Source of the DNA: Octopus vulgaris
Lineage: Eukaryota
Assembly (NCBI GenBank): GCA_951406725.2
Contig: OX597821.1
Coordinates: forward strand, 66,278,001 to 66,342,000
Reading direction: 5' to 3'
DNA: 64,000 bases
Positions 43,697 through 59,814 of the stretch are shown here, in pieces; position 1 is the first letter of the stretch, and the number at the start of each line of letters is the position of its first letter. A program made the position numbers and the translations under genes. The notes under the pieces were generated by a model. That model searched no databases. It was given only the letters and a program-made list of their open reading frames with translations, and was not told the origin of the DNA.

Positions 43697-44522
43697 GTAC
43701 AGACGCACTCACGCACATAGACACACACACACGTATATATGTATACGGATTACACATGCACACACGAATTCCCGTACACGCACACACACACACACATATA
43801 TTTACGTATTATGTTTGTTTATTTTTTATCATTCTTCAAACGTCTTTTATAATTTTTTTTCCATTTATTTAATTGATATTAGAAAATTTTACCTTTCAAT
43901 TTCCTTTATTATTTATTGATTACAATTTGTCTGGGTTTACAGAGTTTTCATTCTTAATAACTTTGGTTTTCTTCTGTATATCTTCTACAACACTCCATCG
44001 TTCTATCTATCTTTCTTTCTTTCTGTCTTTCTCCATTTCTTACAAACATTATTATATATATATGTATTTTTTTTTGTGATTTTAACAAATATATCGAATC
44101 ATTATACTGTGTAGAAATGGTGTATGGTGCCAAAGTGGAAAACTTTGCAATTGATTCTGTCTTTTATAACATCAGTTCTATTAACATCTGGGGACGTAGA
44201 TACGGGTTTCCAGATGGGATAGCTTCCGTTCTCCTACTCACTTCCAGTTTTGCTCCATGTTACGAAGCTTATGTTTTATGTCCACCCGTAATTCACCTTA
44301 CTATCGCTTCTTTCTTTTTTTCTTTCTTTCTTTCTTTGTATGGAGGGGAGAGAGACCTTACAATGAATTAATTGATGACGACTGAATTTAATACTTTGCC
44401 TCTAATACACACGAAGAAATACATACTGATATACATACATAGAGAGAAAGAGAGGGAGAGGAAGAAAGAATGAAAGGGAGTAAGAGAGAAGAATTACAGT
44501 ATTTAATGTCAAATATGATACC

Positions 44523-44753
44523 TATTTCTTTATTACCCACAAGGGGCTAAACACAGAGGGGACAAACAAGGACAGACATAGGTATTAAGTCGATTACATC
44601 GACCCCAGTGCATAACTGGTACTTAATTTATCGACCCCAAAAGGATGAAAGGCAAAGTTGACCTCGGCGGAATTTGAACTCACAACGTAACGCAGACGAA
44701 ATACCGCAAAGCATTTAGCCCGGCGTGCTAACGTTTCTGCCAGCTCGCCGCCT
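44523..44753 (-). mobile_element. Full-length SINE family A (long-tail variant) with 9-bp TSD
   Basis: TATGATACC at 44514-44522 and 44754-44762 flank a complete head, central domain and tail. Confidence 0.92.
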
Positions 44754-44997
44754 ATGATACCATCGAAGCAACGGCACCAAACAAGCAACGCCAACACGAT
44801 TTTGCCGAAACATGTCATATCGATTTCCCTCATCACTTTCCCGTTGTTTCTTGTTTTATATCCAAGGTCTACGTGTTCCTATATGTGAGCAATGCGTCTT
44901 TCCTTTTTTAGAATGCTGAGTGTGATTTTGAAGAAATTTGGCTGCTATTTATGACTAGATAAGGCGCACTTTCCAAGGGTCTATTCTAGTCATATAT

Positions 44998-45495
44998 GCC
45001 TTTCTACTAAAGGCACAAAGCCTAAAATCTTGCGGGGAGGAGGACTAGTCGGTAACATTGAATCCCAGCGTTTCACTGGTATTTAATTTATCGACCCCCG
45101 AAAGGATGAAAGGCAAAGTCGGCCTCAGCGGATTTTGAAACCAGAACGTGAAGACAAACGAAATAATGTTAACCGATTGTCTAAGTACTAGGCTCAAAGG
45201 CAAAACCTGAAACAAAGTTTATCGGGTTGCCGCTCACTGGACACCCAGGCCGCCACATTCTTTCAGTTTCTGTCTACGAAATCCACTCCCAAAGCTTTGG
45301 TCGGCCCGAGGCTATAGTCGAAGACACTTTCCTAAGGTGCCACGCAGTAGGACTGAGCCCGGAACCGTGTGGTTGTGAAGCATACCTCTTACCACATAGC
45401 CACGCCTGTATTTATGTATGTATGTATGTATGTATGTATGTATATACATATATATATATATATACATTCGGTGTGCTAAAGATTCTGCCAGCTCG
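44998..45495 (-). mobile_element. SINE A copy interrupted by a locally templated insertion (45169-~45464)
   Basis: SINE breaks after GAAATAATGTTAA and resumes at CATTCGGTGTGCTAAAGATTCTGCCAGCTCG. Confidence 0.8.
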
Positions 45496-45520
45496 AATGA
45501 TAATAATAATAATAATGATG

Positions 45521-45591
<71 letters not shown>

Positions 45592-45625
45592 TATAATAGT
45601 AATAGTAATAATAATGTTAATAATG

Positions 45626-45674
<49 letters not shown>

Positions 45675-46049
45675 TAATAATAATAATAAAAATAATAATT
45701 CTTTATGCTATAGGCACAAGGCCTGAAATTGTGGTGGAGGGGCTAGTCGATTGCATCGACTCCAGTATTTCACTGGTACTTAATTTATCGACCCCGAAGG
45801 GATGAAAAGCAAATTCGACGTCGGCGGATTTTGAACCCAAAACGTTGAAGAAAAGCGGGGTGATCATATGGTAGGGATTCATGTAAAAAAAACAGCAAAA
45901 TATTGGGAGCATCAGGTTAAGTTTTATTTGTGAAATAATTTTGCCTTCAATTTGCTTCAGAAAGAGGTCTATATTTATGATAGCTAGTTGGGGTGGTGGC
46001 GCTGGGAATGTGGCGGCCTGGGTGTCCAGTGAGCGGCAACCCGATAAAC

Positions 46050-46997
<948 letters not shown>

Positions 46998-47007
46998 TGC
47001 ACATATA

Positions 47008-47833
47008 ATCATCATCATCATTGTTCGACCGTGGTCGAGACAATGGAATTTACCATGCTACGCCAGACTTCACGGTCCATCATGGCATTACGGAGGTCCT
47101 GTTGCTGGAATGCCTGTATTCCTGGAGATTACATCAGGGTAGGAGAGTGTGCGCCCTCTGGTATTGCGAGTAGATGGCTTCCAGAGGAGAAGAGTAGAAA
47201 TTACTTCTTTTTCAGCTCTACAACAATGTCCAGCAAACTGGACTCTCCTACCTTTCACAAGAGATGACACAGGTGGTAGTTTCCCATATATTTGCATTTT
47301 GGTCGGATGGCGCTTCCACGAGAGATTTTGGGCTCTCATAAGGAGGCGAGTGTAGGTTCCATCCAACCGCCTCTCAAGCTTCTTTGATAACGTCCAGGTT
47401 TCTGAGCCATATAGTAGAATTGGTTAGACTGTGGCTTTGAAGATTTCAAGTTTGAAGTCTCTACTTAGATTTGATGACGAGATCTTATGCATGTCATTAC
47501 AGGCTGATCAGGCCATACCCTTTCTAGTTAGAAAGTCTTTTCCAGATGATGATATGTATGATCCAAGATATTTATAATCAGAAACCATATTTAAGGGCGC
47601 ATTGTTGAGAGTAGGGATGATGCAATCACTGTTGGACAGGCACTTGTTTATGTATTCAGTTTTGGCCTCATTGAGGTAAAGACCTACACAATTTGGGGCT
47701 TGTTCAAGAGATTGTAAAAGAGACTGAGCATTGGAGAGAGAATCACTGATAAGAGCGATGTCGTCAGCAAAGTCAGTGTCTGTCAAGTACTCAGCTGGGT
47801 GTCTGGAACTTCTTGGTTTTGTTTCAAAGCCCT
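47008..47833 (-). mobile_element. 5'-truncated RTE-clade LINE with (GAT)n tail and 10-bp TSD
   Basis: RT motifs DFADDIAL, GLYLNEAKTEY, YKYLGSYI, then ILLYGSETWTL..GRRVQFAGHC. In-frame TGA after KGMA. TSD TGCACATATA at 46998-47007 and 47834-47843. Confidence 0.92.
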
Positions 47834-48129
47834 TGCACATATACTATTCGATTTTCTATCAATTCTACCAAACCATCACCCACTGACTTGTAAAAGTGGC
47901 ACACGTGGCCATATATTGAATGGATTCGGTGTAGTGGAGTAAATCAACCCCAGTATTTCACTGGTATTTTATTGTTACGAGAAAGAAAGAATAGAAAGAT
48001 TATTTTGGGTGTGTTTTGAGACAACTAAATATGAACAATGGCCGACGATTTTATCGATTTTACCAATTCAATGCCCCAAGTTCGATTAGTACTGATTCCT
48101 TACCAAGTTATATGGTCACAAATTGGTTT

Positions 48130-48797
48130 CCCCTTCTCTTTTTATTTCTTTTTCTCTCTTTGTTCTTGCCTTCCTTCCTTTCTTCCTTCCTTCCTTCTTT
48201 CATTCATTCTTTCTATCTTTCTTTTATCTTTCTTTCTTTGCTTCCTCCTGCCTTTTTTTCTCTCTCTCTCTTCCTTCCTTCCTTCCTTTCCTTCTTTCTT
48301 TCTTTCTTTCTTTCTTTCCTCCTTCCTTTCTCTCTTTATTTATTTCTGTCATTCCTTCTCACTTTCTCTCCTTTCTTTCTGTTTTTTCTTTCTTTCTTTC
48401 TTTCTTTCTTTCTTGTCTGTTTCTTTCTTTTTCCTTTTTTCTGTCATTCATTCATTCATTCTTTCTATCTTTCTCTTATCTTCCTTTTCTCCTTCTTTCT
48501 TTTTTCATATTTTCTTTCTTCCATTCATTCATTCATTCATTCATTCATTCTTTCTATTTTTCATCTTTCTTTTTATTTCGATTTGTTTCTATTATTTTCC
48601 TTTTCTTGCTTTCTTTCTTTCTTTCTTTCTTTCTTTGCTTCTTTCCTTTCTTTTCCTTCCATTAATCTTTCTTTGTTTATTTCTTCTTTCCTCCCCCTTT
48701 CCCTGCCTTCCTTACTGCCTTACTTCCTTCCTTCCTTCCTACCTTCCTTCCTTCTGTTATTCTTTCTTTCATCCTTTGTTGTTTCTTCGTTTCTTTC
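48130..48797. repeat. ~670-bp polypyrimidine/polypurine low-complexity tract (CTTT/CTTC/CATT)
   Basis: Direct reading. Confidence 0.9.
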
Positions 48798-48822
48798 AAA
48801 AACGTTCCACCGAACAAAAACT

Positions 48823-48909
<87 letters not shown>

Positions 48910-49401
48910 ACAACAACACAAGCAACACAAAAAAAGCCCAATGCATATTTTAGCTTTCTGTTTTAGCTAGATAACAACACGTTATTATTACACAATAATA
49001 ATAATAAACGCAATAAAAAATTTCCATTCTTCTTTCTCCATACAATTTCTTCAAACACCAAGCTTCGCCAATTTCCTAGCTTTCTTCCTTTGGCGAGTCG
49101 AACCGACCACTCAAAAATTTCCAACAACGCTAAGATAAATCCGATAATGAATGAATTAAAAGAGGAAGCTGGTTCGCTTTGTGAAATTATAAGTATATTA
49201 ATACCTATTTCTTTCAACGCTAGCTTCCAAGATCACCGACGACCGAATGAGTTGCGCCGTAGAATTTGTTGTCCAACCACCACAAGACTTCTGGCTATTG
49301 CTTTCTGCACATGAAGTTAATTGTCATGGCAATGATGCCAACTCGTAGATTAGTTGTCACAGCACGACATTGCGAAAAGCCGAATCGACCGATATGTCAT
49401 T

Positions 49402-49514
<113 letters not shown>

Positions 49515-49575
49515 ATATATATACATATATGTATGTATATATATATAAGTATATATGTATGTATGCATACACATA

Positions 49576-49614
<39 letters not shown>

Positions 49615-49750
49615 CCCCTGACGCTGAATGAAGCGAAGACATTTTAAACAGCGTCCGCAGATATTGTGTGAAAATCGGGGGGTGGGGGTGGATGGGAGAA
49701 ATTCATTGAGCAGTATATATATGTGTAAGTATGTATATACATGTGAGTGA

Positions 49751-49802
<52 letters not shown>

Positions 49803-50565
49803 ACCTATAAAAATACATTCACGTATACACAACCATATACTTATAATTACATGCAAACATATATATGTGCGTGTGTGTGTGTGTGTTGCGTGTGCGTGTG
49901 TGTATGTTGTGTGTGAGCGTGTGTGTGTGCGTGTGTGTGTGTTGCGTGTGCGTGTGTGTATGTTGTGTGTGTGTGTCTGTGTGTGTATGTGTGTTTGTGT
50001 GCATATATATATGATATTATAAACCAACGGAGTCGAAGGTGATACGATAGACAGAGACAAGTTTACTGCCAGGAACAAATGCGTAAGAGTGAATGTGAGT
50101 GAATCTGAGCCAACGAGTGTCATCAGTGTGGAAGTGATGTGACAGGGGAAACACAGGAGAAATTAATTCAGGGACAAAATTGAAAATTTGTCTTTGTTAT
50201 TTGTAGTGAGGTTGTGATTACTTTGCTTTATGTGGCGTTTGTGCGAAACTTACGTAACGAAATGCTGGCTCCGTCTGTTGGTGAGTGTGTATAAGCGTAG
50301 GTCGTTTGAGCGTGTGTGCGTTCGTGTTTGAGTATATGCGCGTGCATGTGTATGTGCGTATGTGTGCATGTGTGTATGTGTGTGTGCTTTGCAATTAAAT
50401 TCAGAAGTGAAGATTAAAATGTTTGTGCGCGCGTGTGTTTGTGCATGTGTGTGTGTGTGTGTGTGAGTGTGTGTGTATGTGCGTGTATGAGTGTGTGCGT
50501 TTGTACGTATGTGCATGTAATTTACAATTAAATCCAGAAACGAAGATTGATATCTATCTATCTAA

Positions 50566-50622
<57 letters not shown>

Positions 50623-50681
50623 AAGCTATTTATCTATCTATCTATCCTTCCATCCATCCATCAACCTACCTACATACCTAC

Positions 50682-50776
<95 letters not shown>

Positions 50777-50979
50777 CGTGTATGTGTGTGCAGGCGTTCA
50801 TGCGTATGTGCATATGTATGTGTAGATGCGCACCTATGGCTTAATACAGATAAATATGCATAATAATTTGTACAGTTGAATGAACACATGCATACATGCA
50901 TAATTATAATAGAATGGATTGTCAACTGGGCGTATAATAGAAATTATATACATATACATATATATATATTTATATATAA

Positions 50980-51037
<58 letters not shown>

Positions 51038-51414
51038 AGTCAGAGAGAAAGAGAGAGAGAAAGAAAGAAAAAGAAAAGTGAAAGAGAGAGAGAGAGAGAG
51101 GGGGTATCTAGATGCTTATATAAAAACGTATATACACACACAAATATTAAATCTACTCCACACGTACAGAAATATACAAATACGTTGACACAAGCATATA
51201 CATACATAAGGCGAAGAAATGGCTGATCATTAAAACGTTGGAGAGAATACTACGCAGTATTTGTTCCAATTCATGCGTTGTGGGTTCAAATATTGCCCAC
51301 GCCGATTTTCTTTCTTTTGCGGATCAGTCAAAGACAGTGAAGTAAAATACCTTGCGGTATTTGTTCCCGCGTTTCGGTCATTTTGCTCTAACACGAACGT
51401 CTGCTGCAATAACC

Positions 51415-51800
51415 TTTCTGCTATAAGCACAAGGCATGGAATTTGAGTGGTGGTGGGGGAGGATAGTCGATCACATCAACCCCAGTACTTGATTGGTTCT
51501 TAATTTATGGACCCCGAAAGGATAAAAGGCAAATCTGACCTCGACGGAATTTGAACTCAAGAACGTAGCAGCAGATGAAATACCTATTTCTTTACTACCC
51601 ACAAGGGGCGAAACACAGAGAAGATAAACAAGGACAGACAAACGGATTAAGTCGATTATATCGACCCCAGTGCGTAACTGGTACTTATTTAATCGATCCC
51701 GAAAGGATAACAGGCGAAATTTGAACTCAGAACGCAGCGTCACACGAAATACTGCTAAGCATTTCGCCCGGCGTGCTAACGATTCTGCCAGTTCGCCGCC
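51415..51800 (-). mobile_element. Nested or tandem SINE A pair
   Basis: A long-tail copy (51585-51800) is joined at GAAATAC|CTATTTC to another copy lacking its head. Confidence 0.82.
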
Positions 51801-52028
51801 TTTGTCTGTTGCAATAACAGTTTTGGTTTCGCATGGACGTCTTACACGTGGACATATGTAGTTGGATTGGAGGAGGGAAACATGGAGAACTACCAGATTC
51901 CTACCAAAGTAACTTGCCGAAGCCTACAAGTGCATTTACAATGGTAAGGTCGATCTTAGACCGGTAGATAATCGTCTATATATACGCACACAGACACACG
52001 CACGCACGCACGCACATGCACACACACA

Positions 52029-52062
<34 letters not shown>

Positions 52063-52271
52063 CATACCTGTTTAAAGTTTTACCTGACGCTAATGGATTT
52101 ATACTATGATGTAATCTATGAATACTTCAATAAAATTCTACTGAAACAACTGTAGTGCATCGTTTCGTTCAGCGATATAAAAATCATATATATATATATA
52201 TATATTATATTACATTATATTATTTATTATTTAATTGCACGTGACGCATCCGTTTATATACATGTATTTTT

Positions 52272-52691
52272 TACTCTTTTACTTGTTTCAGTCATTTGAC
52301 TGCGGCCATGCTGGAACACCGCCTTAAGTCGAGCAAATCGCCCCCATGACTTATTCTTTGTAAGCCTAGTACTTATTCTATTGGTCTCTTTTGCCGAACC
52401 ACTAAGTTACGGGGATGTAACCACACCACCATCGGTTGTCAAGCGGTGTCGGGGGGACAAACACAGACACACAAACATACATATATATACGCCATGATAG
52501 ATCGTTAGCTACTACACACATTTTTTTCTCTCTCCTTGTTTCTCTCCTTGTTTTGTTTCTGTGTACCTTTCTGTCGAAGAGCGTAGGTTCGAAACGTAAA
52601 ATACTTCTTCTATTCCTGAGCGCTATACTAATACATTTGTTTGTTTGTACACCACCTGCCTTCGTCTTTTGTTTATTTTCGTAAACTTTCC

Positions 52692-52740
<49 letters not shown>

Positions 52741-52893
52741 ACGGGATTCTTTCAGCTTCCGTCTACCAAATCCATTCACAAGGCTTTGGTCCGCCCGAGA
52801 CTATAGTAGAAGACACTTGCCCAAGGTGCCACGCAGTGGGAATGAACCCGGAACCATGTGGCTAGTAAGCAAGCTACTTACCACGCAGCCACT
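52272..52893 (-). mobile_element. SINE B carrying a family E element (52490-52693, plus; hammerhead motif 52568-52601) in its internal microsatellite
   Basis: SINE halves flank the insert. Motif UUU-CUGUCGA-A-GAGC guag GUUC-GAAA-CG-U-A-AAA. Confidence 0.85.
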
Positions 52894-53066
52894 CAATGAA
52901 ATTCGTGAAAGTAGAGTCAGTAGATTCAGTGGTAATCCTGGTGGAGTGCTGGTATGTGGATCAAGAGAGGTGCTGAAAGTTCGGGAAGTGGTTCAGATAT
53001 GCAAGTCCAAAGAGTAGGCAGTTCAGTTAGGATTAAGCTGGAGTAACACCGAGAGCGTATAATATA

Positions 53067-53420
53067 TAGTTAAAATTTCTAGAAAAACAAATAACGGAAA
53101 CAGTTGTATAAACAACAAACAAGTGTTTTAGTTTAACGCTCGGGAAAGATGAAGAAGTCTCCTACGTTTCGAGCCTACGCTCATCAGCAGAAAGGAATCG
53201 AAAAAATTAAACAGAGAGAAAGGAAATAAAACTTGTAGATTTTAGCGCTCCACAAATTTTTCCATTCTCTCTCCGCTTATTTTCTCCCATTCCTTTCTGT
53301 TGAAGAGCGCAGGCTCGAAATGTAAAATACTTTTTCATTTTTCCTGAGTGGCGAACTAATACACTTGCCTGTTGTTCATACATCTGTCTTCGCTGTTTGC
53401 CTTTCTATAAATTTCAACTA
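53067..53420. mobile_element. Head-to-head inverted pair of diverged family E-like units, each with a hammerhead motif (53159-53194 minus, 53294-53327 plus)
   Basis: TAGTTAAAATTTCTAGAAAA..AACAACAAACAAGTGT.TTAGTT is complementary to AACTAATACACTTGCCTGTTGTT..TTTCTATAAATTTCAACTA. Confidence 0.75.
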
Positions 53421-53433
53421 AATTTCAACTACA

Positions 53434-53485
<52 letters not shown>

Positions 53486-53725
53486 TAGACAGATAGATAG
53501 AAATATATAGATAGACAGATAGATAGAGATAGGTAGATAGACAGATAGATAGAGATAGGTAGATAGACAGATAGACAGAGATAGGTAGAAAGACAGATAG
53601 ATAGAGATAGGTAGATAGACAAATAGACAGAGATAGGTAGATAGACAGATAAAGATAGGTAGATAGACAGATAGAGATAGACAGAAAGACAGATAGATAT
53701 ACAGATAGATAGACAGATAGACAGA

Positions 53726-53785
<60 letters not shown>

Positions 53786-53790
53786 GAGAG

Positions 53791-53854
<64 letters not shown>

Positions 53855-56011
53855 GTACTGATACTTTTTATTTCCAACGGGCAGGCGGACAGATATATAT
53901 CGCTTATTTTTTTTAATGGAGGTATAATTTTGGGCAGCAGCAGGAAAATTACTTGCAACAATAAACAAGATTGTTTCCTCGTGGAGATCTCTCTCTCTCT
54001 CTTTTGGTTATTACCGTTTAGCCCCAGGTTAGTCTTAACAGAGTAGGTTCAATGATTACAAACGTTCTGGTGATGATTTCTCCGCACAGGGTATATATAC
54101 GTCCAAGAATATGATGCCCAATATGCGTTTCATTTTAAGATGGCGGTGTTTTATTTTGGAGGGATTTAGCAACTATTTATATCATGTAGAGGCTCTTTTG
54201 TTCGATGATCAGGTTATCTAGACTAGTAATTCTCAACCACTTTTTGCCTGTGGATACCTTCCTTTTGATTCCTATTTTGCCCTATTGGGCCCCATATTTG
54301 GAGAATTCCTATTTATCTTTACAATTAACAATTCTCATTATATTTTTACTATTAAATATTATTTGGAATTTCATAAAAAGATTCTTAAAATATTTTATTT
54401 ATTGCAGATATATAGGCGCAGGAGTGGCTGCGTGGTAAGTATGTACATATGTACATATTAAGTATATCCGAAATAACGGTTTTGTGTTTGGCAGAAGGCC
54501 AGCAATTTTAGCGGAAGAGTATGTTAATTACATCGACAACTGGTACTCGTTTAACGACTCCAGAAAGCTGAAATGTAAAGTCGCCTGCAGCGGAATTTGA
54601 ACTCAGAACATTAAGGCAGATGAAATAATATCAAGCCTTTTTCTTCTTGCGTGCTAACGATTCCACCAGATCGCCGCTTTATGAATATTTTGCAAATAAC
54701 CTTACTTTGTTTGACTTCATTAATTTAAATAAACGTGTTGTGTATGTGTGTGTGTGTGTGTATGTGTGTGTGTGTGTATGTGTGTGTATGTATGTGTATG
54801 TGTGTGTGTATAAAATTGTGTATGCAGTCTTCTGAACCAGTTCGATTCCAGAGTCAAGAAACATATAGTTACTGTCATTCGCAGATTAAATGTTTTCTTT
54901 TCATAATTCGAAGGCCTGAAATCTATAACGATGATGAGGAACCGTCTACCGTTGAATTTCCTGTATCTTCTTCTATTCCATTCCACCCCATTCCATTCCA
55001 CTCATTCAACCTTCTACCTACATTCGATGATTGCACGTATTACAGTCAGCTTGGACAACAACAACAACAACAACAACTGCAGCAACAACAACAGTATACA
55101 TTCTACTACCGTTCAATTCCAAATGATTGTGATACAGTACGAATTTTTTTCGGCATTTTATAGAATATATATATATATATATATATATTTATCATTATAT
55201 ATATATTTATCATTATATATATATAGATAGTCTATATGTGTGTGTGTGAATAAGAAATAAATAAGAAATAAAAATAAAAATGGAATATAAAAAAAAAAAC
55301 CTAAAAGTTCTTTGTCACGCTATCTGGTCTGTCGATTTTCTTTTAAACATTATCATTTTCTTGACAAGCTCGACTAACCTGTGGTAAAAGGTAATTTTCT
55401 CTCCAGAGCTGGTTTTTGTTTGTTTCTTTTTTTTTTCATATATGTTATTCTTATTCCTGAAATGGTAAAGTTAGTTAGGTGTCATACCAAAGAACACATC
55501 TCAAAATTATGTCTGAAGAATTTGAAATATATTTTATTTCTATGCTTTTTTTTTCGTTTTTATGCTGTTTTTTTTTCATCTTTGTATCCCTTTCCCACTC
55601 TGTCTTTCTTCTGTGCATTTTAAAATGTTTTCGTCAGTTCAATATCCAGACTCCCTGACGTCGTTGTGTGATAGACTCGAAACCTGTTGTTCCACATAAA
55701 CACGCACGTACATTATCCCCCACCTAATTGTACATACATACATACATACATACATACATACATACATACATACATACACACACACCAGAGATATACTGAT
55801 ATATATGTATATATATATACATATATATGTATATACATACATAGAAACATACTGATGCATACATATATATATATATGTAAAAGTATATATGAATGTATAT
55901 ATGTTTCTCTCTCTATCTACATATGTATGCCTGCATGTATGTATTTATGTGTGTGTGTGTGTATACAATGCATGTATGTATGTAAGTACACCAATTGGGT
56001 AAGAATATATA

Positions 56012-56047
<36 letters not shown>

Positions 56048-56900
56048 ACTATTGAAAATGTTGCAAGACGCAACGAAAATTTTATGAAAATAAAAATATG
56101 AAATAAGTGGAAATTTTACCAGTGAGTGTGTTAAATTGTAAGGCACAAAAAGAAATTGACTCTCCCCAGACACAACAGGATATGCTTCAACACACAAACT
56201 CACATAAAAAAACCTTGCAAACCAAAAACGAAATACACACACACACACACACACACATATATGTATGTACGCATGTATGTATGTATTTATATACATATAT
56301 GAGCTTCTTAATGTATTTAGGCTATTCTTGAACGATGCATATGACAACAGTTCCACTGATATGTATTATTATTGTGATTGTTGATTGGTTCTTTGGGACA
56401 GCTGAACCATTTCTTCTAATGGTTGTATGGATGAGAAATTCATTTCGCGAACCCGAGACTTCGGCGCTCGGTCCTAATGCGAGGCGACTTGTTTAATGTT
56501 GCATGGCATTTTCTTCAGTCTTCAATTTTCTTCAATTCTGTTAGTTCACTATCATGGATTTATCTAAAATGTTATCGATTCTGGAAGATGAAAGGTATTC
56601 AGATTTACCAAACTCGGTTGGATTTGAACTCAGATCTCAAAGAGACGAAATAAACACCTCAAGGCGAAATAAATACCTCAAAGAGGCGAAATATATATCT
56701 CAAGAACATTTGTAAACTGGTCGAAGCAAGCTACTTATCTACCTACTTGAGATGATATATATTTAGCTACAAAAGAGCGAAAGATAAAATTCGTACCGAT
56801 AGGATTTGAGCTCCGTACATAAGAATCATATGTAAATCTAACAAAACTGTTACACACACGCACACACACACACACACACACACATATACGCAAAAATGTC

Positions 56901-57034
56901 ATTTGTGTGTAACGGTTACCATTGGTTTCATGATAAAAATATCTAAAATTTTCAAGTCGATCACATGGTGGAATGGTGTTAATACATTAAGATATTTTGT
57001 TACGTGAAACCAATGGTAGCCTTAATACACAAAT
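56901..57034. repeat. 134-bp fold-back / MITE-like element with ~44-bp imperfect arms
   Basis: ATTTGTGT..GGTTACCATTGGTTTCATG..AAAATATCT versus AGATATTTT..CGTGAAACCAATGGTAGCC..ACACAAAT. Confidence 0.7.
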
Positions 57035-57091
57035 AAAAAAATCTTTATCTACCAATGCGATGTTGAGCACTCATTCTCAGTGATTGTTCGA

Positions 57092-57480
57092 AGGTGGTGA
57101 GCTGGCAGAAACGTTAGCACGCCGGGCGAAATGCTTCGCGGTATTTCTTCTGCCGCTACGTTCTGAGTTCAAATTCCGCCGATGTCAACTTTGCCTTTCA
57201 TCCTTTCGGGGTCGATTAAATAAGTACCAGTTACGTACTGGCGTCGATATAATCGACTTGATCCGTTTGTCTGTCCTTGGTTGTCCTCTCTGTACGTAGC
57301 CCCTTGTGGGCAGTAAAGAAATAGGTCTGTCTTTATGTTCTGAGTTCAAATTCCGCTGAGGTCGAGTTTGCCTTTAATCTTTTCGGGATCGATAAATCAA
57401 GTACCTGCTGTGTACTGGGGTCAATCTAATCGACTGGCGCCCTCCCCCAAAATTTCGGGCCTTGTGACTAGAGTAGAAAA
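57092..57480 (+). mobile_element. SINE A long-tail copy followed directly by a headless SINE A
   Basis: Tail ..GTAAAGAAATAGGT joins TCTGTCTTTATGTTCTGAGTTCAAATTCC. Confidence 0.85.
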
Positions 57481-57909
57481 GATTCTCATTGATTGTTCGA
57501 CATTTACGTGTGTGTGTATGTGTGTGTGTGTAAATATGATCTAGCAGAATAGCTGCAGACAAAAGGCACAATGGCAACAAAACCGTTAGAGGTGTCCAGT
57601 AAAATAATCATAATTCACATACACGCTCGCACTGTATTTGTTTCGGCTCTTTACCTTCCGTGTTCAAATTGCGAACATCCTAATCTTCAAACCCGCCAGA
57701 GTTAAAAAAAAAGGCAAACACTTAATCGATTAACATCCATCAGAGCGGACAAAAAAGCTTAACGGTATTTTTTCGGCGCTTTACGTTCAGAGTTTAAATG
57801 CTGCAGAGGCGGACTCTGAGTTTCATCTTTGCAGAAGTGAATTTTCGATTGTATGGATCCCAGTCAAGTACGGAGGTCGATACTATCAAACAACTCCACA
57901 CCTCAAAAT

Positions 57910-58518
57910 TTTTTTCTACTCTAGGCACAAGGCTCGAAATTTTGCGGGAGGAGACCAGTCGATTAGATCGACCCCAGTGCGTAACTGGTACTTAATTTAT
58001 CGACTCCGAAATGATGAAAGGCAAAGTCGACCTTGTCTGAATTTGAACTTAGAACATAAAGACAGATGAAATACCGCTAAGCTTTTCGCCCACCGTGCTA
58101 ACGATACTTTTATTGCCCACAAAGAGCTAAACGTAGAGGGGACAAACAAGGACAGACAAAGGAATTAAGTCGATTACATCGATCCCAGTGCGTAACTGGT
58201 ACTTAATTTATCGACCCCGAAATGATGAAAGGCAAAGTCGGCCTCGGTGGAACTTGAACTCAGAGTGTAGCGGCAGACGGAATACCTATTTCTTTTCTAC
58301 CCACAAAGGGCTAAATACAGAGAGGACAAACAAGGACAGACAAACAGATTAAGTCGATTATATCGACCCCAGTGCGTAACTGGTACTTATTTAATCGACC
58401 TCAAAAGGATGAAAGGCAAAGTCGACCTCGGCGGAATTTGAACTCAGAACGTAGGGGCAGACGAAATACTGCTAAGCATTTCGCCTGGCATGCTAACGTT
58501 TCAGCCAGTTCGCCGCCT
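57910..58518 (-). mobile_element. Three tandem or nested SINE A copies
   Basis: Central domain repeated near 57970, 58180 and 58365. Confidence 0.88.
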
Positions 58519-59248
58519 TCTCCACACCTCAGAATTGCCAGCCTCATACCGAAACCAGACAACATAATTTTATATTTAAAACACAAAATTTTAATCCGAA
58601 TGTTTGCAACGGAGACTTCGCATTATGCGTTCAAAGGTGAGGTCAGGTTTGGGATTTAAATCGGGGCTTGACGTTGGTGTTAAATAAGATTAATTCTTAC
58701 GTTATATACATTTCTCTATTTGGCGCTTATATTTCAATAACACTTTAAGATTTAATACATTACATAATCTATATATAATCATACGTCCGCAATCTATTAT
58801 ATTTGAAATTGTATTTCGTTATCTTTGTAGTAATCATATTATCAATAAAATATTAAAGATCAATAACATTTCTTTAAAACAAAAATAAAATAAAAACAAG
58901 CTCACGTACCAAATGAATTTCAAACAGTTTCAAAGCTATCCAAATTTACTAAACAATTTCATTATTATATTTAGAATTGAAATCAGTTATAATATAAATG
59001 TACTACTTTGTATTGTGAGTTTTAGTGAAGTGAGTATTGTTTACATATGCTTCACTTCCGATCTGTTTGTGTGGTTTTTCAGCATAAACTGAAAGCATTG
59101 ATTTCTCTCACACTGTCTTGTAACCAAAATTAGTTGTAAAACCAACGAGAAGAAACCTGTGTAGGGTTGCTAATCCTGCTAGAAATGGCAGCGACGATCG
59201 CCCGATATGAAACTTAACCACCTTGTAAAATTGGGATGTAAAATTAGA

Positions 59249-59286
<38 letters not shown>

Positions 59287-59288
<2 letters not shown>

Positions 59289-59541
59289 CGGAGATGTACT
59301 CGCATAGCAAGTAATTTGATCTGAGATCGTGTGCTGAAACGAAAACAATTGCAGCGTGGAAGGTGTTTATAAGCCATTTAAGAAACACACAAAAGCCGTT
59401 CGATTCACTTCAACATTTAAGTTTAATTTGTCAAAATATTTTCGTCGCTAAAATCCGCGACCTGTTCACTGACAAAGTCCGTGCTGCATCCTCATATATA
59501 CGCAGCACGGACTTTGCCAGTGAACAGGTCGCGGATTTTAG
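59287..59541. mobile_element. Family D fold-back: full left arm (minus), 14-nt spacer, truncated right arm
   Basis: Arm 59287-59487, spacer ATCCTCATATATAC, arm 59502-59541. G3-C8 hammerhead-like motif at 59427-59476 (minus). Confidence 0.9.
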
Positions 59542-59733
59542 GTGTGGTGGGGTAGTTTGCTGATTTGTTTGGGTATTCTAAAGAAAAATAAACGGAGGAT
59601 TCCAGCATTGCGACAAGTGATAGTAAAATGTTCATCAAAAATTCAGATTCATATGCGTGCGCATACCCACACACATACACACACGTACGCACACGCACAT
59701 GCTCATGTACGGAGCCCTACTTATCTTTAACTA

Positions 59734-59800
<67 letters not shown>

Positions 59801-59814
59801 AAATATATACATAT

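Noticed and set aside
48016-48966. Longest ORFs (316 and 289 aa, Phe/Leu/Ser-rich, membrane-protein-like)
   Set aside because: Translation of a CT-rich low-complexity tract plus (TA)n that simply lacks stop codons.
54822-55163. Poly-Q-containing ORF
   Set aside because: Built partly from (CAA)n and (TTCCA)n repeats, with no domain or clear splice signals.
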